From Octopus sinensis (lineage: Eukaryota): 7,021 nt of DNA. The position numbers were made by a program, and so were the translations under genes. The DNA lies in contig NW_021829036.1 in the NCBI RefSeq assembly GCF_006345805.1, forward strand, positions 1 to 7,021. Reading direction: 5' to 3'. Positions 1-5,976 of the stretch are shown here, piece by piece. A model generated the notes under the pieces. The model saw nothing but the letters and a program-made list of their open reading frames with translations, was not told the DNA's origin and did no database searches. The number at the start of each line of letters is the position of its first letter. Positions within the stretch are counted from its first letter, which is position 1.

Positions 1-260
1 TTAGTCTCTCGCTCTACTACGCCCCACATAATAATCAAGGGGTTGCAGTCTGGGGAGTTAGGTGGCCAGATGTTAGGGGTGATGTGGTCGCAGAACTTGT
101 CTGACAGCCATGACTGGGTTCACCTGCTTGTGTGGCACGGTGCCAGACATAGGATTGCCAGACGTTGGGTTGCCCCACCCTATGTCTGTTGCCAGATATA
201 GGGTCTTCTAGCAGCCACCTTCTTGACCTAGGGCATCACTGTTTCCCCCAAGCTCTTGGA
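1..260 (-). mobile_element. Degraded Tc1/mariner-superfamily transposase fragment, probably DD37D (maT/Bmmar1-like), catalytic region; continues beyond the window start
   Basis: The minus strand translates as SKSLGETVMP*VKKVAARRPYIWQQ, then a 42-nt insertion, then APCHTSR*TQSWLSDKFCDHITPNIWPPNSPDCNP(fs)LDYY..WGVVERET. WQQ(D).AP.H and WPPNSPD.NPLDY are the motifs around the 2nd and 3rd catalytic Asp. The inferred spacing is 37 residues (36 counted from the A of AP to the L before D, plus one lost residue). Two stops and compensating small deletions show it is a pseudogene. Confidence 0.88.
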
Positions 261-614
261 TTCACCTGGGATTATTCTTTAGGGATTATACCTTCATGGA
301 AGTACAGACAAATCTCCAAAGTCTCTGGAACAATGTGAACTGTGAACTCTATTATTGTCTTTATTCTTCTATATCCTGTGAGTTTTCTGTGTCTGGAACT
401 TTTCTGCATGCACACCTTGTCACTGATGTCAGAATACCCAGTGTATGGGAGTACTGACTCCTTACACGAGATATCTCAGAAACAGCTGTAAGGTATTAAT
501 TTTTCTCCCTTTTTGAAGTGACCTTACTCTAACTAAATATTCGAAATGACCAGAGATACTCGTCCTGCCCTGGTTTTGTTTTCCTTTTCCGTTAATATAT
601 ATACTTACCACACA

Positions 615-1133
615 GGCGTAGGTGTGGCTGTGTGGTAAGTAGCTTGCTTACCAACCACATGGTTCCGGGTTCAGTCCCACTGCGTGGCACCTTGGGCAAG
701 TGTCTTCTATCATAGCTTCGGGCCGACCAAAGCCTTGTGAGTGGATTTGATAGACGGAAACTGAAAGAAGCCCATCGTATATATGTATGTATGTATGTAT
801 ATATATATGTATATATATATATGTATGTATGTATATATATATGTATGTATATATATATGTATGTATATATATATGTATGTATGTGTATATATATCTATAT
901 ATATATATGTACGTGTGTGTGTATATGTTTGTGTGTCTATGTTTGTTCCCTCAGCATCGCTTGACAACCGATGCTGGTGTGTTTACGTTCCCCGTAACCT
1001 AGCGGTTCGGCAGAAAGAAACCGATAGAATAAGTACTAGACTTACAAAGAATAAGTCCTGGGGGTCGATTTGCTCGACTACAGGCGATGCTCCAGCATGG
1101 CCACAGTCAAATGACGGAAACAAGTAAAAGAGT
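615..1133 (+). mobile_element. Full-length tRNA-derived SINE (Octopus OR-type, CORE-like), copy A
   Basis: A-box-like TGGCTGTGTGGT (625-636), B-box-like GGTTCAGTCCC (668-678), MIR/CORE-like CCTTGGGCAAGT, internal (TA/TG/TATG) microsatellite (about 778-945), right arm, and 3' tail CCAGCATGGCCACAGTCAAATGACGGAAACAAGTAAAAGAGT. It aligns along its whole length with 6369-6831. Confidence 0.9.
625..678 (+). promoter_or_regulatory. Internal RNA polymerase III type-2 promoter (A and B boxes) of SINE copy A
   Basis: TGGCTGTGTGG and GGTTCAGTCCC resemble the tRNA A box (TRGCNNAGYGG) and B box (GGTTCRANNCC) at tRNA-like spacing. The same boxes recur in copies C and D. Confidence 0.7.
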
Positions 1134-1300
1134 GAGATGTTATAGTATCTCTCCTCCCTCGTGGAGCTGATCACAATTGACACCAAGTGTTTCTTCTGCC
1201 TCCTCTGGAAATAGTATTTTGTTTTGATAGAATATCTTATTTAATACACCCGTATTCGTCTTTGATGCTCAAATACGTTTCAACGTATTTCATTGGACTT

Positions 1301-1490
1301 AAATCCTTAAAATGTTTTAGCCCGAAGGCCGCGGCCATGCTGGGGCACCACCGCTGAATGAGCTACACTAATTTGTGAATCCACCCCTGATACGTGGCAC
1401 TTGATCAACAAGGGAGTTCGATGCTGCTGCCCGCATCTGCGTCTCCTGTCGTGAGGTAGGTTCATCTGGTACTCCCGACAAGAAGAGGTC

Positions 1491-1496
<6 letters not shown>
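1301..1496 (-). mobile_element. Severely 5'-truncated CR1/L2-group LINE 3' end (copy 1)
   Basis: Encodes KLDLFLSGVPDEPTSRQETQMRAAASNSLVDQVPRIRGGFTN*, followed by a short 3' UTR with a hairpin and an AAGGATTT tail. It differs from 1531-1735 at 9 substitutions. Confidence 0.85.

Positions 1497-1530
<34 letters not shown>
1497..1530. repeat. (AT)n microsatellite separating the two LINE copies
   Basis: Pure AT dinucleotide run. Confidence 0.97.
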
Positions 1531-1534
<4 letters not shown>

Positions 1535-1958
1535 CCTTAAATCCTTTAAAATGTTTTAGCCCGAAGGCCGCGGCCATGCTGGGGCACCACCGCTGAATGA
1601 GTTACACTAATTTGTGAATCCACCTCTGATACGTGGCACTTGGTCAACAAGGGAGTTCGATGCCGCTGCCCGCATCTGCGTCTCCTGTCGTGAGGTAGGT
1701 TCATCTGGGACCCACGACAAGATGAGATCCAGTTTAGTTTTAAGGAAACCCACATCCACACCATGTAAGTCTCTCAGGCATTCAGGGAGGATGTTAAAGA
1801 GCTGTGGTCCTCTTGAAACCCAAGCTGTTGCAGTATCTGGACCTGTATTTTGATGGTGATGTTGGAATCTTTGGCACCATGCAGTGGCGCCCCGTTCTGC
1901 GGTTGGGGTAACTTTGAATGCCAAAGTTTGGGACAAGACCCTCCAGGATTTTCCAGAT
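1531..1958 (-). mobile_element. 5'-truncated CR1/L2-group (Jockey superclade) LINE, ORF2 C-terminus plus 3' UTR (copy 2)
   Basis: The minus strand reads IWKILEGLVPNFGIQSYPNRRTGRHCMVPKIPTSPSKYRSRYCNSLGF(+1 nt fs)RGPQLFNILPECLRDLHGVDVGFLKTKLDLILSWVPDEPTS...RAAASNSLVDQ...* (stop 1607-1609). WKILEGLVPN, GP.LFN.LP and F(L)K..LD..L are typical post-RT C-terminal motifs of CR1/L2-like ORF2. It ends in an octamer tandem tail (AAGGATTT)2. Confidence 0.85.
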
Positions 1959-1980
1959 GCGCTACTTTTTTATTACAACT

Positions 1981-2172
1981 TATATATAAATATATATATA
2001 CACACATATATGCATATGTGTGTTACCGTCTAGTCATGTTCCACCCCCTCAGTTATTCTACCATACACTGAAACACTCGTACACACACACAAACATATAC
2101 TAATATATACATATATACTTATATATAGATACGTACAGATACAAACACTCACTCACAAGCACACATACAGTA

Positions 2173-2206
<34 letters not shown>

Positions 2207-2274
2207 TGTTATAAATACATATACTCACACACAATATATATATGTGTGTGTATAATATGAATATATTTCTATAT

Positions 2275-2323
<49 letters not shown>

Positions 2324-2379
2324 TACTTTTGCGTATAATATATGCATATATATAATATACATATATATGTATATTTATG

Positions 2380-2422
<43 letters not shown>

Positions 2423-2498
2423 TATATCTATATCATATCTATATATACATATCAACATCCATATATACATGTATGTGGTGTATTATATATATATAATA

Positions 2499-2565
<67 letters not shown>

Positions 2566-2695
2566 CTATGCACACGCATATATATACTTATATGTATATA
2601 CACAAGATATATATATATTATACATACATACATGACATACACGTACACACACACGCGCGTGCACACACTCATACACACACACACAAGCACACATA
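1981..2695. repeat. Compound low-complexity microsatellite field: (TA)n, (CA)n, (GA)n, TACA variants
   Basis: Direct reading: long (TA)n runs near 2181-2205, 2283-2304, 2385-2425 and 2505-2550, (GA)n near 2305-2322, and (CA)n near 2645-2690. Confidence 0.95.
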
Positions 2696-2988
2696 CTTAG
2701 CCGTATTCGCTAAGACGGTTAACTCAAGTCCGTTGACGCGTTAGACTTAAGAGGTAAATGGATAAATTAAAAAAAGGTGGGGGGTTTGTGGGGGGTGATG
2801 TGCTCGGCTGGTGTGTCTTCCATTCTCTTTTGTGTTTGTTGTTTAACCCAATTGGCTTCTGACCAAAGTTGTTGCTAATGTGGTTGTAGTTGTTGTTGTT
2901 GGTAATCTCTTACAAAGCCGGTTAGTGCACAGACGGAGGTTTCGAGAGTAGCAACAATAACGGGCGATTATTAAGAAGCGCCTCTACG

Positions 2989-3026
2989 CTTGGCCACTGG
3001 ACGAGCTAGAAATAACAGTTAAATCT
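2989..3026 (+). repeat. Diverged relic of the GAAATAGCAGCCAAATCT repeat motif
   Basis: GCTAGAAATAACAGTTAAATCT resembles the GATAGAAATAGCAGCCAAA core of the minisatellite monomers and of 6159-6240. Confidence 0.45.
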
Positions 3027-3057
3027 ATATCGTAGCTGAGTGTGCTATGTGTGTATG

Positions 3058-3350
3058 AATTTGGCTGCTATTTCAATCAGATCTGTCTTACATATAGATG
3101 TCTCTCACATTGGTTCATACATGCATATATACACACATAAGTCAGTGGGTATGATTTGAGGGACGTTTAGCTGCTTTTTCTGCCAGGTCTACCCTAATAT
3201 ATAGAGGTTTCCCTCATTGGCTCATACATACATACATACGGAAGACAGTAGGGTGCGATTTGAGGGAGTTTTGGATGCTATTTCTATCAGATCTGTCTTA
3301 CATATAGATGTCTCTCACATTGGTTCATACATGCATATATACACACACAT
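3058..3350 (-). repeat. Inverted copy of the A-B dimeric minisatellite (end of B, then A, B and partial A)
   Basis: Its reverse complement aligns with 4174-4440 with only a handful of substitutions and small indels (roughly 95% by eye). Confidence 0.95.
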
Positions 3351-3351
3351 A

Positions 3352-3555
3352 ACTTGTTTCTGTCATTTGACTGCGGCCATGCTGGAGCACCGCCTTTAAT
3401 CGAGCAACTCGACCCCCGGGACTTATTCTTTTGTAAGCCCTGTACTTATTCTATCGGTCTCTTTTTGCCGAACCGCTAAGTGACGTGGACATAAACACAC
3501 CAGCGTCGGTTGTCAAGCGATGTTGGATGGGACAAATACAGACACACAAACATAT

Positions 3556-3592
<37 letters not shown>
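3352..3592 (-). mobile_element. SINE right arm with internal microsatellite (copy B)
   Basis: The reverse complement matches about 900-1125 of copy A (CATCGCTTGACAACCGA...GAATAAGT...GCGGTGCTCCAGCATGGCCGCAGTCAAATGACAGAAACAAGT). The octamer tail is missing. Confidence 0.92.
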
Positions 3593-3909
3593 GAATAAAA
3601 CTTTATATATAGAGAACGTGAAATACACGAATTGACGAACACGGAAAACAGACAGTCATTCAGAGCCTTCATTCTTCAGTCAGAAACCGATTCATCATGG
3701 CAAATTTCGGCTGTTTAATTCTGAGATTTGCTCCGAAAAGGCCAGCCCCAAGGAAAAGCTAAGCTATGGGCATTAGATTTCTTTGGTAGAAGGAAAGAAT
3801 GTGACAACCGAGACGAATAGGGAAACAAGAGATGAAGATAAAATTGGAAACAGTAACGAATAAAAACAGGAATGATACGGGGGCGTCTTACGACTTTGAG
3901 ACAAAATGG
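3593..3909. other. Unidentified 317-bp segment lying between the two arms of one SINE
   Basis: Non-repetitive, purine-rich on the plus strand, flanked on both sides by (TA)n. No terminal inverted repeats and no convincing ORF. Confidence 0.5.
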
Positions 3910-4074
3910 GACATATATATATATATATACGTATATACGACGGGCTTCTTTCAGTTTCCGTCTACCAAATCCATTCACAAAGATTTGGTCGGCCCGAGGT
4001 GCCACGCAGTGGGACTGAACCCGGAACCATGTGGTTGGAAAACAAGCTACTTACCACACAGTCACTCCTGGGCC
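3910..4074 (-). mobile_element. SINE left arm (tRNA-like head) with a deletion of about 26 bp in the CORE-like segment (copy C)
   Basis: The reverse complement is GGCCCAGGAGTGACTGTGTGGTAAGTAGCTTG...GGGTTCAGTCCCACTGCGTGGCACCT^CGGGCCGACC...GAAAGAAGCCCGTCGTAT(AT)n. Relative to copy A it lacks bases 693-718. Confidence 0.92.
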
Positions 4075-4470
4075 TGTATGCATTTCTGAATGAATATATG
4101 CGGGAGAGGTCCAAATTGTTTCCAGGCCTTGAGGAAATCTGCTAAATCTCCCTCAAATCATACCCTACTGACTTATGAACCAATGTGAGAGACATCTATA
4201 TGTAAGACAGATCTGATAGAAATAGCAGCCAAAACTCCCTCAAATCGCACCCTACTGTCTTCCGTATGTATGTATGAGCCAATGAGGGAAACCTCTATAT
4301 ATTAGGGTAGACCTGGCAGAAAAGCAGCCAAACGTCCCTCAAATCGTACCCTCTGACTTATGTGTGTATATATATGCATGTATGAACCAATGTGAGAGAA
4401 TCTATATGTAAGACAGATCTGATAGAAAAAGCAGCCAAAACTCCCTCAAATCGCACCTTACTGTCTTCCG

Positions 4471-4538
4471 TATGTATGTATGTATGTATGTATGTATGTA
4501 TGTATGTATGTATGTATGTATGTATGTATGTATGTATG
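4471..4538. repeat. (TATG)17 microsatellite expanded at the A-B junction
   Basis: Pure TATG run of 68 bp. The equivalent junction has 3 units at 4265-4276 and 4 units in the inverted copy. Confidence 0.95.
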
Positions 4539-4546
4539 AGTCAATG

Positions 4547-4807
4547 TGGTGTAACACACCATACTAATCATATCTATCGGGCATGTGGAAGAGAGTGTAA
4601 TTCGGCTGGAGGACTTAAACGATATGCAAAGGTACATGAAGCCCAGTTACAACTACAGCCGGCTATTACCAATAAAGGTCTTAGTTGCCAATTCTGTACA
4701 AGACATTGTAGATCTTTAGCTGGGCTAAAAAGTCACATTCGATCACAGCACCAGTAACAGTTAAGCTTCATGCAATGGCCATACTCGATAACGAGGGGGC
4801 AGCCATA
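4547..4807 (+). mobile_element. 5'-truncated non-LTR retrotransposon 3' end (RTE-like) with two C-terminal C2H2 zinc-finger motifs
   Basis: Open frame to TAA at 4755-4757, containing a degenerate finger (Y)RACGRECNSAGGLKR(Y)AKVH and an intact C-x2-C-x12-H-x4-H finger CQFCTRHCRSLAGLKSHIRSQH. The 50-nt 3' UTR has a CTCG-ATAA-CGAG hairpin (4784-4795). It is flanked by an 11-bp duplication ATGAGTCAATG (4536-4546) / ATGAGCCAATG (4808-4818). The clade call rests on resemblance to the C..C.R.C.S..GL.SH.R.H C-terminus seen in RTE elements. Confidence 0.75.
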
Positions 4808-5015
4808 ATGAGCCAATGAGGGAAACCTCTACATATTAGGGTAGACCTGGCAGAAAAAGCAGCCAAACGTCTCTCAAATCATACCCACTGACTTATGTGT
4901 GTGTATATATATGCATGTATGAACCAATGTGAGAGACATCTATATGTAAGACAGATCTGATAGAAATTGCAACCAAGACTCCCTCAAATCACATAGGTGT
5001 AGGGTGTGAATTGTA

Positions 5016-5040
5016 GAAAAAAAGTTGCAATAATTATGTA
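5016..5040 (+). mobile_element. Extra diverged mariner terminal-repeat fragment
   Basis: GAAAAAAAGTTGCAATAATTATGTA resembles 5231-5257 GAAAAAAAAAAGCCGCAATAATTATGCA. Confidence 0.6.
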
Positions 5041-5045
5041 GCGAG

Positions 5046-5262
5046 TTGGTGCATAATTTTTATTCAACAAAAACAATAACAACATGTAACAAAAGATTCT
5101 TTAAATGATTATTCCGGAGGACATTCACCATCTACTTCAATTACTGCTTCCCATTTGCTTATCAGACGGGTCAGACCGTCATTTAAAGATGTTTTTTGTT
5201 ATATATTGTTTTTGTTGAATAAAATGTGTTGAAAAAAAAAAGCCGCAATAATTATGCACCAA
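5046..5262 (-). mobile_element. Mariner-derived non-autonomous palindromic element (MITE-like) carrying the last 22 codons of a transposase
   Basis: Perfect inverted blocks at 5046-5058/5250-5262 (13 bp), 5058-5078/5204-5224 (21 bp) and 5098-5108/5179-5189 (11 bp). The centre 5109-5177 translates on the minus strand as GLTRLISKWEAVIEVDGECPPE*, matching the mariner C-terminal G...L..RW..VI...G.Y motif. Confidence 0.85.
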
Positions 5263-5266
5263 GGCA

Positions 5267-5267
<1 letters not shown>

Positions 5268-5297
<30 letters not shown>

Positions 5298-5655
5298 TGT
5301 ATGTATGTATGTATGTATGTATGTATGTGTGTGTGTGTGTGTATGTATGTGTGTATGTGTGTGTGTATGTATGTATGTATGTATGTATGTATGTATGTAT
5401 GTGTGTATGTATGTATGTGTGTATGTATATATATATGTGTGTATAATATATATATATATGTGTGTGTGTGTATGTATGTATGTATGCATGTAGTATTATG
5501 TATGTATGTATGTATGTATGTTGTATGATGTTGTATGTATGTATGTGTGTGTGTGGTGGTGTATGTATGTATGTGTGTGTGTATGTATGTATGTATGTAT
5601 GTATGTATGTATGTATGGGTGTATGTATGTATGTGTGTATGTATATATATGTGTG

Positions 5656-5686
<31 letters not shown>

Positions 5687-5941
5687 ATGTGTATGTATTA
5701 TGTATGTATTTATGTATGTATGTGTGTACGTATGTATGTATGTATGTATGTATGTATGTATGTATGTATGTATGTATGTGTGTATATGTGTGTATATGTA
5801 TGTATGTATGTATGTATATGTATGTGTGTGTATGTGTGTATATGTATGTGTGCATGTATGTATGTGTGTGTATATATGTATGTATGTATATATGCATGTA
5901 TGTGTGTATGTATGTATGTGTGTATGTATATATATATGTTG

Positions 5942-5976
<35 letters not shown>

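Larger units (their letters stand above)
4141..4992 (+). repeat. Higher-order minisatellite: alternating A and B monomers, period about 207 bp, interrupted by a LINE fragment
   Basis: Partial monomer 4141-4173; A1 4174-4264; B1 4273-4380; A2 4381-4470; (TATG)n; B2 4535-4546 plus 4808-4917; partial A3 4918-4992. A and B share about 80% identity with each other, whereas A-A and B-B copies are near-identical. Confidence 0.93.

Noticed and set aside
433-492. Possible 60-nt phase-0 exon (CAG|AATACC...TGTAAG|GTATTA; NTQCMGVLTPYTRYLRNSCK)
   Set aside because: AG/GT boundaries and an open frame are present, but the polypyrimidine tract is weak and I recognise no homology. It cannot be supported without RNA-seq.
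615-690. Genuine tRNA gene
   Set aside because: A and B boxes are present, but the sequence continues into CORE-like and SINE body sequence in several copies and I cannot form a full cloverleaf. It is a SINE head.
710-1127. ORFs rich in YIYI, YVCM or HTYI across SINE copy A
   Set aside because: They are translations of stop-free microsatellite and SINE sequence, with no protein-like composition.
1607-2007. Annotated 109-aa and 77-aa minus-strand ORFs as independent genes
   Set aside because: They are pieces or off-frames of one frameshifted LINE ORF2 C-terminus.
2367-2744. 125-aa and 83-aa ORFs
   Set aside because: (TA)n/(CA)n translation artefacts.
3640-3700. Hammerhead ribozyme on the minus strand (CTGAAGA...GAAT...GTC)
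   Set aside because: The GAAA core is broken and no stem I or convincing stem II can be formed. It is mentioned only as a hint in the insert finding.
4392-4757. 121-aa host C2H2 transcription-factor gene
   Set aside because: The N-terminal part is minisatellite and (TATG)n. The finger part is bounded by a TSD, lacks the TGEKP linker and has a LINE-like short 3' UTR hairpin.
4174-4930. Regularly spaced CCAAT boxes, one per monomer
   Set aside because: This is a simple consequence of tandem repetition. There is no promoter or transcript evidence.
4141-4992. CRISPR-like array
   Set aside because: The context is eukaryotic, the 'spacers' are themselves repeated or microsatellites, the units are about 100 bp, and there are no cas genes.
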